Below are positions 41,655 through 51,900 of a DNA stretch of 64,000 nucleotides, piece by piece. Position 1 is the stretch's first letter, and each line of letters begins with the position of its first letter. Both the position numbers and the translations under genes were made by a program. This stretch comes from a virus (Duplodnaviria > Caudoviricetes): positions 224,001 to 288,000 of IMG/VR virus record IMGVR_UViG_3300027804_000001. The stretch is one strand, 5' to 3'. The notes beneath the pieces were generated by a model. That model was given only the letters and a program-made list of their open reading frames with translations, searched no databases and was not told the origin of the DNA.

Positions 41655-43832
41655 TTAAAAATCTAATCTAATAGAAAAAACTTGTGTACCACTTCTTTTT
41701 ACGGGAACCGCTGTTTTGGTTTTAACTAACACATCTTTATTTGAGTCCAATAAAGCAATTTCTGTAATGTATTTGTTACCTGAAGTATATGATGGGTTTT
41801 GTGTTTCAGTAAATTGTGTTGCGGGTAAGTTTACTAAGAAGTTCATTTCTTCAACATCACTTGCTCTTACTAATCTAACACTACCAGGGAATGGTTGTTC
41901 GTCACCAAATTGTGCCTCAGTTGTTGCACCTGTGGTTAACAAATAATCATTACCCATAAAACTTTCTAAATCAAATAAACTTGCACTTGTAATATCGGAT
42001 TTAGTAATTGTAAATGTGGTTCCGGTTAAATTTGCTGCGGTTAAATAAGATGTTCCGTTTCCACCTGCTTGTGTTGTATAATCAATAATCTTCCACAATT
42101 CAGGATTAGGTAAACCGTCTAAATCTTGTGTGGTTTCTTGTATTAAAACATAAAAACGTTTTGGTTTGAATTGTGTTAAGAAACCATCTGCAGTCAAATA
42201 GTTAAATGTATTACCACTAAATTTAACATTTATATTAGAAGGATATGTAACCGTTTGATATTTTGTATCACCCGTATTATTAACTGATAACTTTACATAA
42301 TAGTTACTTGGCAACGTATTAAGTGGTGATGTTGTTCCGTTTGTTTCTGACAACATGTACGTCACATAAAATGTTTGACCTGTTGTTCCTGATATGATTG
42401 AATTTGATACCACATCATTGCTTGGAACCGCGGTAACTTTCGGTGCACCTAAAGTAAATTTTCTATTACTTCTATAATCTAAAATTGCAACAAGTTCTTG
42501 GTCATCAAAAACTACAATTTTATTTTTAGGAAATACTTTACCAACTTTATTACCTGATTCATCAATCAAATATCTAAATAACAATTCATGTCTTTCACTT
42601 TTGGTTGATTTCACATAATAATCAGTTGTGTCCATATAGAAAATGGCACCATATGTTGTACCTGTGTTTCTATGATAATAAATAAATGGAATATAAACCT
42701 CAAAATATTGAGTATCACTTATCCCTTCATCATCTCTATCGTATGCTATTGAGATATCATCACCGGTTGTTCCTGTTTTATAACTGATGTAATCATCATA
42801 CTTATAAAATCTTTCAGGGTCGTTAATTAAATCACCTAATTCTGAATAATGTATTATTGCAACACATCTTTGTTCTTTTGGTGATACTTCAATTAATTCG
42901 TTAAATGAGTTTAAAAATCCTGTACCAATTTTTGTTGAACTAAAACTACCGATTGTTCCGCCTGTTAAGTTTTCGAATGTCTGTCCTGTTGATGTATACC
43001 CTAAAAATTCTTTTGTTGAAACGAATCTATTACTTGTGTATCCAGATAAACTTTCATCTAATGCTCCAACATCTGCACCAATTGGTTTTTTGTCCCATAC
43101 CGTATTCAATGTCCAAGCATTTTGTTGGTCCATTGGGTCAATCGGATTTGGTATACATGAACCGTTAACTTCGTTTGGATATTCTAATTCACAATTATTA
43201 CAAATTACTTGTATGTTTCCAGACAAAGCACTAAAATTCGGTGTCTTTCTATCTAAATTAATTGTGTTTCCTGATATACTTTCAATTCTATAAATTAAAC
43301 TACTTGAATTTCCAGTAACTGTTGGGGGGATACCACAAAATTCATCAAACACAATTGTTATAAATTCACAATTATTAAAACTGTCACCAGTTAAAACTTG
43401 TATTGAGGTTCCTCCTGTTAATGATGTTACACTAATTGATTGTGTTTCACATTGTATTGTTGTAGATTTAATACCAGGGTCCCCTGTACAATCCTCAAAT
43501 TCGTTGTACTCTGAAATGAATCCAGCAGGACCCATTACATTTCTAATTGTATCAGTTGAAGATTGTTCTATTGGTGTGCCATATGTGGTTCCACTTGTCG
43601 ACGCATCTATTTTGTATGGATATTTTATACCAGTTTCTTTATCAAATGGAGCTAATACTTTTTGATGAGTTGTCTGACCAGTTAATGATGAATAAATGGA
43701 ATTATAGTCAAATTCAGAATCTCCAATTTGAAAATACTCAATATTGAAATTACCTTTAGCAATAGAGTTTCTACCCTTTTGGGTTATTCTTGCTGATAAA
43801 AATTCCGAATTGTTACTATCTAAAAAACTCAT
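41655..43832 (-). CDS. virion structural protein, baseplate/tail-collar-like
   Basis: 725 aa; ARITQKGR...FQIGDSE N-terminus and YITEIALLD...K..VP..R...RLDF C-terminus resemble phage tail-collar-type domains. Confidence 0.55.
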   Translation of the reverse strand: MSFLDSNNSEFLSARITQKGRNSIAKGNFNIEYFQIGDSEFDYNSIYSSLTGQTTHQKVLAPFDKETGIKYPYKIDASTSGTTYGTPIEQSSTDTIRNVMGPAGFISEYNEFEDCTGDPGIKSTTIQCETQSISVTSLTGGTSIQVLTGDSFNNCEFITIVFDEFCGIPPTVTGNSSSLIYRIESISGNTINLDRKTPNFSALSGNIQVICNNCELEYPNEVNGSCIPNPIDPMDQQNAWTLNTVWDKKPIGADVGALDESLSGYTSNRFVSTKEFLGYTSTGQTFENLTGGTIGSFSSTKIGTGFLNSFNELIEVSPKEQRCVAIIHYSELGDLINDPERFYKYDDYISYKTGTTGDDISIAYDRDDEGISDTQYFEVYIPFIYYHRNTGTTYGAIFYMDTTDYYVKSTKSERHELLFRYLIDESGNKVGKVFPKNKIVVFDDQELVAILDYRSNRKFTLGAPKVTAVPSNDVVSNSIISGTTGQTFYVTYMLSETNGTTSPLNTLPSNYYVKLSVNNTGDTKYQTVTYPSNINVKFSGNTFNYLTADGFLTQFKPKRFYVLIQETTQDLDGLPNPELWKIIDYTTQAGGNGTSYLTAANLTGTTFTITKSDITSASLFDLESFMGNDYLLTTGATTEAQFGDEQPFPGSVRLVRASDVEEMNFLVNLPATQFTETQNPSYTSGNKYITEIALLDSNKDVLVKTKTAVPVKRSGTQVFSIRLDF

Positions 43833-43855
43833 ATATTTTTAATAATTTAAACTGA

Positions 43856-45145
43856 TTAAGCACTACCTCCTCCTCCAGAACAATTAGTAATATATTGAAC
43901 GTCATCAACACCGCCGAAATCATTTACAAGTATTGCGTAATATGGTGGATTATTTGTATTAAATGTATTATCGGATGAAACGGCGTAATATTGATCACCT
44001 CCCTGCCATACCGTATATTCGGTATCAATATAAACCGTTGTATTTAACATATTTGAAATCGTACTAGAGGTACTATAGAATTGTGCACTTGTTACCTGAT
44101 TCTGATTACAATGACCATTACTTAAAGCCGCAGGATTAGATCGGAAAAATCCATATAAAGGTGGTGTTGGTGTTTGTGTCATCGTTGGCGTTATGGTTGG
44201 TGTTGGTGTTATTGCATTACATTGAACTACGTTATTAATATAACCTGTAGGTCCAATTGTCATTGCATATTTTGTACTGTTAGCCAATACCGCATAATAT
44301 GTTCCGTCTCCAACAAATGTTGTTACACAAAGATTTGAATCGTATGCATAATCACCATTTGCAGGTATTGTATGACCACTTAAATAAAGAGTTACACTAT
44401 TTGTTGCAATTTCAGATTCATACATTGCACAAGGTGCTGCTGTTCCACCAAATGTTGATCCGGTGTGTACTAACATTGAAATTCCTGGTGTTGGTGGCGG
44501 TGGTGGTGGAACAATTACATAATCTTCACATGTACCTGTTACTATTGTACCATCTAGTTTATTAGAACAATCACCTGTTCCTGGATCATTTGCAACATCA
44601 TTAGTATTCCAATAACTTCCCATTGTGTAATAATTTCCACCTGAAGACCAGAATATTTTTCCAACATTTGCCGCTCCACCCTCAATAGGTACGGAATAAC
44701 ATATAGTTGCATCATCACATCTTAATAACTCATACCAATATTGGAAATTTGGTGTAATTGTTGGTGTGACTGTAGGTGTTGGTGTTGGATCTCCCGGTGT
44801 TAATGTTGGTGTTATTGTAAATGTTGGTGTTATTGTAAATGTTGGTGTAATAGTTGGTGTAATAGTGTTAGTTATAGTAGGGGTTGGGGTTGCACCTCCA
44901 CCACCTGTTATAGTGATACATTGAGTTGTTCCTGCACAACTTCCACCATCAACCTTAACAAATAATGAAACAACATTATCAGGAATTCCTGTTATTACTT
45001 TTGGAAATCCGGATACTGCTTGTGAGGTTACTAAACTTGAGCAACCACTACCACAAGACGCACCCGTACAACCAGATATTGATACGGTTTGACCTGTTAT
45101 ATCTGAACCAACTGTTCCTAAATCTACTGTAGCGTTAAATGCCAT
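43856..45145 (-). CDS. Cys-rich virion fibre/decoration protein with Thr-Pro linkers
   Basis: 429 aa; two TP tracts and two related G...YYAV...Y.I...G..V..C domains. Confidence 0.65.
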   Translation of the reverse strand: MAFNATVDLGTVGSDITGQTVSISGCTGASCGSGCSSLVTSQAVSGFPKVITGIPDNVVSLFVKVDGGSCAGTTQCITITGGGGATPTPTITNTITPTITPTFTITPTFTITPTLTPGDPTPTPTVTPTITPNFQYWYELLRCDDATICYSVPIEGGAANVGKIFWSSGGNYYTMGSYWNTNDVANDPGTGDCSNKLDGTIVTGTCEDYVIVPPPPPPTPGISMLVHTGSTFGGTAAPCAMYESEIATNSVTLYLSGHTIPANGDYAYDSNLCVTTFVGDGTYYAVLANSTKYAMTIGPTGYINNVVQCNAITPTPTITPTMTQTPTPPLYGFFRSNPAALSNGHCNQNQVTSAQFYSTSSTISNMLNTTVYIDTEYTVWQGGDQYYAVSSDNTFNTNNPPYYAILVNDFGGVDDVQYITNCSGGGGSA

Positions 45146-45149
45146 ATTC

Positions 45150-45157
45150 TATAAATA
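45150..45157 (-). promoter_or_regulatory. putative late promoter TATTTATA
   Basis: 4 nt upstream of ATG 45145. Confidence 0.6.
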
Positions 45158-45175
45158 TTAATTCTTTTATTTTTA

Positions 45176-46078
45176 TTATACAGAACACATTAATAATGGT
45201 GATAATGGTACTTGAGAGTGTAATGCAACACTAGCTTCTGTTGGAGTTGGGTCCATTAGATATAATTCTTCTGAATTATAGTTAAATCCATTATCTATAA
45301 TTGGGCTTGTATAAATTTCACCTATTACAGATATTCCACAAATTCTAAATTGAAGTGTGTTTCCACTACCTCCTGTCCATCTACCTTTTATCGTGTAAGG
45401 ACAATTTGATACTAATATATCGATATATCCAGATTTTGCAGTTGAAGTTGTTAGTTCATCTAACAAATCACCCTCAACGCCTCCGTTACTTGTTACTAAC
45501 AATTGACCACCTGTTTTATTATTTGTTGACCAATATAATCTTACTGTTGGTTCTCCAGTTGGTGTTATGGTTGGAGTATATGTTGGTGTTATTGTAAATG
45601 TTGGAGTAATAGTTGGGGTTGGTGTTGGAGTCGTGTTAGTTTGTACCGCAGAACCACCACTAAAATTACAAATAGGTGTATGAGTTGGTGTAATCGTTGG
45701 TGTTGGTGTAAGATTTGAAATAGCAGAACCACCACTAAAATTACAAATAGGTGTGTAAGTTGGAGTAACTGTTGGAGTTGGGGTAAAACATTTGGTATAG
45801 AAATCTAATTCATGTATATAAATGTTTTCAATAATATAACTATTGGTTACCGTGTCCAATATTTTAAACCAATATTGTTTTCCGTATGGGTTTGGGTCTA
45901 CTTCTACATCAAAATCAATTGTGATTGAGGATGTTCCACCAGCAAAAACACTACCATATTGGGCACCCCAAGTTGGATTTTCTTGTTCAGATACCGAACC
46001 CGGTGTTCTACCGTTTTGATAGAATAATTTAAAATTATTTGGTGAAACTATATTTTTTATCTCAATTACTAGACCCAT
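45176..46078 (-). CDS. virion fibre/decoration protein with Thr-Pro linkers
   Basis: 300 aa; TP tracts and a duplicated PICNFSGGSA. Confidence 0.65.
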   Translation of the reverse strand: MGLVIEIKNIVSPNNFKLFYQNGRTPGSVSEQENPTWGAQYGSVFAGGTSSITIDFDVEVDPNPYGKQYWFKILDTVTNSYIIENIYIHELDFYTKCFTPTPTVTPTYTPICNFSGGSAISNLTPTPTITPTHTPICNFSGGSAVQTNTTPTPTPTITPTFTITPTYTPTITPTGEPTVRLYWSTNNKTGGQLLVTSNGGVEGDLLDELTTSTAKSGYIDILVSNCPYTIKGRWTGGSGNTLQFRICGISVIGEIYTSPIIDNGFNYNSEELYLMDPTPTEASVALHSQVPLSPLLMCSV

Positions 46079-46083
46079 ACCTA

Positions 46084-46091
46084 TATAAATA
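46084..46091 (-). promoter_or_regulatory. putative late promoter TATTTATA
   Basis: Between terminator and ATG 46078. Confidence 0.6.
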
Positions 46092-46111
46092 CCAATAATA
46101 AAAATTTAAAT

Positions 46112-46136
46112 AAAAAACCCCTTTAAATAAAGGGGT
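46112..46136 (-). terminator. intrinsic terminator
   Basis: ACCCCTTT-ATTT-AAAGGGGT followed by T tract. Confidence 0.8.
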
Positions 46137-46164
46137 CTTTTAATAATTAAAAAATCTTTATTTG

Positions 46165-46704
46165 TTATGGAGCAAAACCACTATTAATTGTGATTGCTAC
46201 AGTATCAGGTGAAGTACTACCAATTGTTGTTGTATAAGTTGTTGCACTTCCAGATGAATTTGGACAAGTAGTTGTATTATCGGCGCCATTCATAACATAA
46301 CTTTGTGCTGTTGAGAAGGTTACTGTGTCCCCCTCCGTTAATCCTGTAATTGCACCTAAATCGGAACATATATTTTCATTAGTATTGTAGAAGTTGAAAT
46401 TTCCACCACCATTTATATTGTATATAAGCATTATTGAACCACCGTTAACATCTTTAGCAAAAACACTCAAGGCTATTGTTGGTTTAGTCCAAGGTTGTGA
46501 GGTGGTACATGTTCCTATACTTGCTACCGTCCCACCTGTTATGTTACTATTTGGAATTGTTACTTCATAACCCGCTTCTAATGTTGCTTTTGCAACACCA
46601 GATTCAATTAATGTTGTAATACCTCCGCTAGTTGTTCCCGAGATGTCAAAAGGTCCGGTATCTGATCCGGCCCCTGAAACTGTGAAAATTACGTTATATG
46701 CCAT
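46165..46704 (-). CDS. two-domain virion protein (stalk-less paralog of the 718 aa fibre)
   Basis: C-terminal Y.INGG...C...G.ITGL..D.VTF.T...Y.M.G...C shared with 46769-48925. Confidence 0.7.
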   Translation of the reverse strand: MAYNVIFTVSGAGSDTGPFDISGTTSGGITTLIESGVAKATLEAGYEVTIPNSNITGGTVASIGTCTTSQPWTKPTIALSVFAKDVNGGSIMLIYNINGGGNFNFYNTNENICSDLGAITGLTEGDTVTFSTAQSYVMNGADNTTTCPNSSGSATTYTTTIGSTSPDTVAITINSGFAP

Positions 46705-46727
46705 TGTTTTTTATTTTTATCTTTTTA

Positions 46728-46735
46728 TATAAATA
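46728..46735 (-). promoter_or_regulatory. putative late promoter TATTTATA
   Basis: Upstream of ATG 46704. Confidence 0.6.
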
Positions 46736-46768
46736 TATCATTATTCAAAACAAATCTGTAGTTTATTT

Positions 46769-48925
46769 TTATGGTATGGCACCCGTGTCAATTCCTAAAT
46801 AGACATAATCATTACCAGAACTTATTCCTATGGTATGTACATAATTAACATTTCCACTAGGTGCGGTACAATTAGAACTAGAACCCGTCATTGAATACCC
46901 AATGTTGGTACCGAATGTAACTTGGTCGGACTGACTTAAACCTGTTATTTGTCCATAATAATCACAATTTCCATTTAATGGTCCATTATAAAAAGTATTA
47001 TATGAACCACCATTTATTTGATAGGTTATTTCAATTGAGTTGTATGAATTATCATAATCCTGTGCATTTACATAAAGTGTAACATAATTTGCAACACTTA
47101 CTATTTCTGTTACACCACTATTTGTAACACAACCATTCGCATCTGTTACCTCAACACAATATCCACCCGCACATAGAGTACCTACTGATTGTGTTGCTGT
47201 TGATTCAGTTACTCCTGTTATTGTTGTCACCAACGTGCCTCCACATGTTGTATATGGTGCTGTTGAGTCGAGATATAATTTATAAGTTTTTGGCCATACA
47301 CCACCAGTTGAACTCATATCAAGAGTACCATTACAACCACCTGTATCATTTGCTGTAATCGTAATTGAAGCTGATTGTGCACTTGGTTGAGTTATTGTAA
47401 CAGAAATTCCTTTTACTGCACCATTACTAGCTTTAACATTAAGGGTATAACCTGTTGCAATTAAACTACTAAATGTCTTAGGTAATGCAAAATAATTTAC
47501 ACCATCCAACGATACCGTATAAGCTCCACCTGAACCACCTGATGCACTATTAACTGTTAATGAACCGTCTGAACCACCATTACATGATACATTTGTTTGT
47601 GTATAACTAGCACTAATCTCAGTATAAGTTGGTGTCACCGTTGGTGTGAACGTCGGTGTTATTGTAAACGTCGGCGTTATTGTTGGTGTAATTGTATAAG
47701 TAGGTGTTATAGTTGGTGTAAACGTAGGCGTTATTGTTGGTGTAATAGTAAACGTAGGTGTAATAGTTGGTGTAATAGTTCTAGTTGGTGTAATGGTAAA
47801 TGTTGGCGTTATTGTAAACGTCGGTGTTATTGTAAACGTAGGTGTTATAGTTGGTGTAATTGTTTTAGTTGGAGTAATAGTTGGGGTAGGAGTTGGTGCA
47901 ACATAAGTTGTACTTACTGTGAAGTTACAAGCCGGTGTTGGTGTTGGTGTAATAGTAAATGTTGGTGTAATTGTTGGTGTAACAGTTCTAGTTGGTGTTA
48001 ATGTAAACGTTGGTGTAATTGTATAAGTCGGAGTTATAGTTGGTGTAATAGTTGGTGTAAATGTAGGTGTGATAGTTGGTGTTATAGTTTGACTTACTGT
48101 TTGAGTAGGTGTAATAGTATAAGTTGGTGTAATAGTATAAGTTGGTGTAATAGTCTGACTTACAGTTTGTGTAGGTGTAATAGTATAAGTTGGTGTAATA
48201 GTTGGAGTAGGTGTAGGTGCCACATAAGCAGTGCTCACTGTGAAATCACAATCCGGAGTTAACGTTGGTGTAACTGTATAAGTTGGAGTAATAGTTGGTG
48301 TTATAGTATAAGTTGGTGTAATAGTAAATGTCGGTGTGATAGTAAACGTTGGGGTTACTGTTACTGTTGGAGTGATTGTAAGTGTAGGTGTAATAGTTGG
48401 TGATAACGTTTGTGTTGGTGTAATAGTATAAGTTGGTGTTATGGTATATGTAGGAGTAACTGTCGGTGTAGGTGTTGGTGCAACATAAGTTGCATTAACA
48501 ACAAAGTCACAAGCCGGAGTTAACGTTGGTGTTATTGTATATGTTGGTGTTAAAGTTTGTGTGAACGTCGGTGTTATTGTAAACGTCGGCGTTATTGTAT
48601 AAGTCGGTGTTATTGTTGTTGTAGGTGTAATTGTGTATGTTGGTGTAACTGTTAACGTTGGTGTTAAAGTTGGTGTTGGGGTTGGTGCGTAGAATGTCTC
48701 ATTAGTAAAACATGATTCATTGTAAAGAATCACATTTACTGTACTATCAGGTACATAAACATCAACACCCGGATTTGTTGTTAAGTCGTTATAAGTAATT
48801 CCTGTTGCATTATCATTTGTACTAACTCTTGTGGCATAATTAGATGGATTTACATCATCATAGTAAACCGAATATGGTCCTGGTGATGTTCCTCCTGTTA
48901 TTAATATGTGAAAATATCTTGCCAT
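46769..48925 (-). CDS. fibre protein: Thr-Pro stalk, two SprB-like repeats and a tip domain
   Basis: 718 aa; [15 protein letters not shown]...SGG...YTVSLDG and [16 protein letters not shown]. Confidence 0.75.
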   Translation of the reverse strand: MARYFHILITGGTSPGPYSVYYDDVNPSNYATRVSTNDNATGITYNDLTTNPGVDVYVPDSTVNVILYNESCFTNETFYAPTPTPTLTPTLTVTPTYTITPTTTITPTYTITPTFTITPTFTQTLTPTYTITPTLTPACDFVVNATYVAPTPTPTVTPTYTITPTYTITPTQTLSPTITPTLTITPTVTVTPTFTITPTFTITPTYTITPTITPTYTVTPTLTPDCDFTVSTAYVAPTPTPTITPTYTITPTQTVSQTITPTYTITPTYTITPTQTVSQTITPTITPTFTPTITPTITPTYTITPTFTLTPTRTVTPTITPTFTITPTPTPACNFTVSTTYVAPTPTPTITPTKTITPTITPTFTITPTFTITPTFTITPTRTITPTITPTFTITPTITPTFTPTITPTYTITPTITPTFTITPTFTPTVTPTYTEISASYTQTNVSCNGGSDGSLTVNSASGGSGGAYTVSLDGVNYFALPKTFSSLIATGYTLNVKASNGAVKGISVTITQPSAQSASITITANDTGGCNGTLDMSSTGGVWPKTYKLYLDSTAPYTTCGGTLVTTITGVTESTATQSVGTLCAGGYCVEVTDANGCVTNSGVTEIVSVANYVTLYVNAQDYDNSYNSIEITYQINGGSYNTFYNGPLNGNCDYYGQITGLSQSDQVTFGTNIGYSMTGSSSNCTAPSGNVNYVHTIGISSGNDYVYLGIDTGAIP
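47625..48685 (-). repeat. T-[IVL]-T-P-T-[YF] hexapeptide coding repeat (18-bp degenerate units)
   Basis: Continuous in the 718 aa ORF, punctuated by three CxFxVxxxYVAP modules. Confidence 0.9.
48468..48562. repeat. 95-bp exact repeat, copy 1
   Basis: Identical to 51252-51346 in the neighbouring gene. Confidence 0.85.
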
Positions 48926-48937
48926 TTATATTAATTA

Positions 48938-51900
48938 TTATACCGTATTAAAACCTAATTCAACTTGATAGTAAGAATTCACATGATATAACGCATCATT
49001 TGTTGTAAACTCAATTCTCAATGTATGTACAGAGTTCGCCGCTAATAAGTATGGTGACGGTACTGTAAATGTTTTTATCACAGGTCCCATTGCACATCCC
49101 TGATTTAAATCTTGTGATGTTGCTCTGGCGATTTCTGTTCCATTTAATTTAAATTTAATGTTCTCAAAATTAGTATCTTGTAACTCCGCAAGACCACTAA
49201 AGTCTAAAGACATATTCGTATTTTGTGGTCCAACTGTTATAGTTGCTTCCGCCCAACCAATTTGTGTTTGATTACAAGTTCCATTAGGACAATTTGACGA
49301 ATTCGAAACATTAAATCTAACTGTTTGATTCAAGTTTGAAATTGCCCATCCAGCATTAATTCTATTTTGTGCTGAAACTGTTGGGTCAACATATAAACAT
49401 TGTGAAAAACCTGTAACATTAGTATATGTCGTCCATGTTAATCCTGAAACAGGTAGTGGTGTTGGTGTTATTGTCATTGTTGGTGTAATAGTTGGTGTTG
49501 TTGTAACTGAAGGTACATACTCACTAAATGATGCCGCAAATGAACAATCAATTGTTGGAGTAATTGTTAATGTCGGTGTAATAGTTGGTGATACTGTTAC
49601 TGTTGGTGTAATAGTAAATGTTGGTGTTATTGTAAACGTTGGTGTAATTGTAGGAGTAGGAGTAGGTGCTACGTATGTCGTACTAACCGTGAAATCACAA
49701 GCCGGAGTTAATGTTGGAGTAATTGTATAAGTTGGGGTAATAGTTGGTGAAACTGTTACTGTTGGCGTAATAGTATATGTTGGAGTAATTGTTAATGTCG
49801 GTGTGATTGTTAAAGTTGGTGTAATCGTCTGACTTACAGTTTGTGTAGGTGTAATAGTAAATGTTGGTGTAATTGTATAGGTTGGTGTAATAGTCGGTGT
49901 AATTGTATAAGTCGGAGTTATTGTATACGTTGGAGTTACGGTTGGTGTTGGGGTTGGTGCAACATAGGTTGTATCAACATTGAAATCACACGCTGGTGTC
50001 AATGTAGGTGTAATTGTATAAGTTGGTGTAATAGTTGGTGTAACCGTTAATGTTGGTGTAATTGTTTGAGTTGGTGTAATAGTAAATGTTGGCGTTATTG
50101 TTAACGTCGGAGTAATAGTTGGTGATAATGTTTGTGTAGGTGTTATTGTATACGTTGGAGTAATTGTATAAGTCGGAGTTATAGTTGGTGTAATAGTAAA
50201 CGTAGGTGTAATAGTATAAGTTGGAGTAACTGTCGGTGTAGGTGTTGGTGCTACATATGTAGTAGTAACCGTAAATTCACAAGCCGGTGTTAGAGTTGGT
50301 GTAACTGTAAATGTTGGGGTTATAGTTGGTGTAACAGTTAATGTAGGTGTAATTGTATAAGTTGGGGTAATAGTTGGTGTTGGTGTTATGGGTAAAATAA
50401 CAACATTAACACAATCACATTGTGGTGTAACTGAATTTACAGTAAATCCGCTAACACATTCACCAGGTAATAAACCCGCACCTATATTAAATCCGTGTGT
50501 ATGGTCGTTGTATGCAATTGTTTCTGTTCCATTAAATACGGTACCCAAGTCACCATACGCAGTACCCGAAACAATATAATCACAAATTGCATTTGCATTA
50601 TCTGTTAAATCAGGATTATTGAATAATTGGATGTCAAAGTTTGAACATCCTAATAATCTAACTCTTAAGTATTGTGTTACAAATGGATCACATGTTTGTG
50701 TTGGTGTGATTGTATAAGTTGGGGTTACTGTAAACGTTGGTGTAACGGTTTGTGTTGGTGTAATTGTATATGTTGGAGTTACAGTTGGAGTAGGAGTTGG
50801 TGCAACATAGGTTGTGTCAACATTAAAATCACAAGCCGGTGTAAAAGTTGGTGTAATAGTCGGCGTAATTGTGAATGTTGGCGTTATAGTATAAGTTGGT
50901 GTTATAGTATAAGTTGGTGTTATAGTTGGTGTAATAGTATAAGTTGGTGTTATAGTATAAGTTGGAGTTACTGTTTCTGTTGGTGTAATAGTAAACGTTG
51001 GCGTTATTGTTAACGTCGGAGTAATAGTGGGAGTTATACTTTGAGTTGGGGTAGGTGTAGGTGCAACATAAGTTGTACTAACTATAAATTGACAATCTGG
51101 TGTCAATGTTGGTGTGATAGTATAAGTTGGTGTTATAGTTGGTGTAAATGTTGGTGTTATTGTAAATGTAGGTGTAACAGTTTGTGTTGGTGTTATTGTT
51201 AACGTCGGAGTTAAAGTTGGGGTAATTGTATGAGTAGGTGTGACTGTTGGGGTAGGTGTTGGTGCAACATAAGTTGCATTAACAACAAAGTCACAAGCCG
51301 GAGTTAACGTTGGTGTTATTGTATATGTTGGTGTTAAAGTTTGTGTTATAGTAGGTGTTATTGTATAAGTTGGTGTAATAGTAAATGTTGGAGTAATGGT
51401 AAATGTAGGTGTTACTGTTGGTGTTGGTGTGGCCGCAACATAAGTTGTATCAACAATAAACTCACAATCAGGAGTTAACGTAGGTGTTATTGTATATGTT
51501 GGTGTTAAAGTTTGTGTGTAAGTTGGTGTAATTGTTGGTGTAACAGTGAATGTTGGTGTGATAGTTGGTGTAATAGTAAACGTAGGTGTTGGAGTTGGTG
51601 TCGGTGTCTCAGGACAATAAATTAATTTCCAACAATTTCCATCACATGGTGCGTATTCATATCCACTTGGGCAAGTATAACCAGATGAAAGATAATTACC
51701 ATTTATATCTTTAATAACAGGAATTGTTTGACCAATAAAATCTGAAGATGAGAATATTACATTTAAATCATTTATTGATGTTGCACCAGTTAATTGAGGT
51801 AATGTGTTATCATAAATTTCACAACCAAATGACGCAGGGTTTGTTTGATTACCTGTTAAATTATATCCATATAAACCAATAATGTGATCACCTGCCGTTA

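Noticed and set aside
18766-46768. tRNA or rRNA genes in intergenic gaps
   Set aside because: Gaps are short and AT-rich, and no cloverleaf or T-loop/D-loop motifs were seen
47597-51013. Cys/Trp/Arg-rich plus-strand ORFs (CNS/CYS/WC repeats)
   Set aside because: Antisense readings of the Thr-Pro repeats, not metallothionein-like genes
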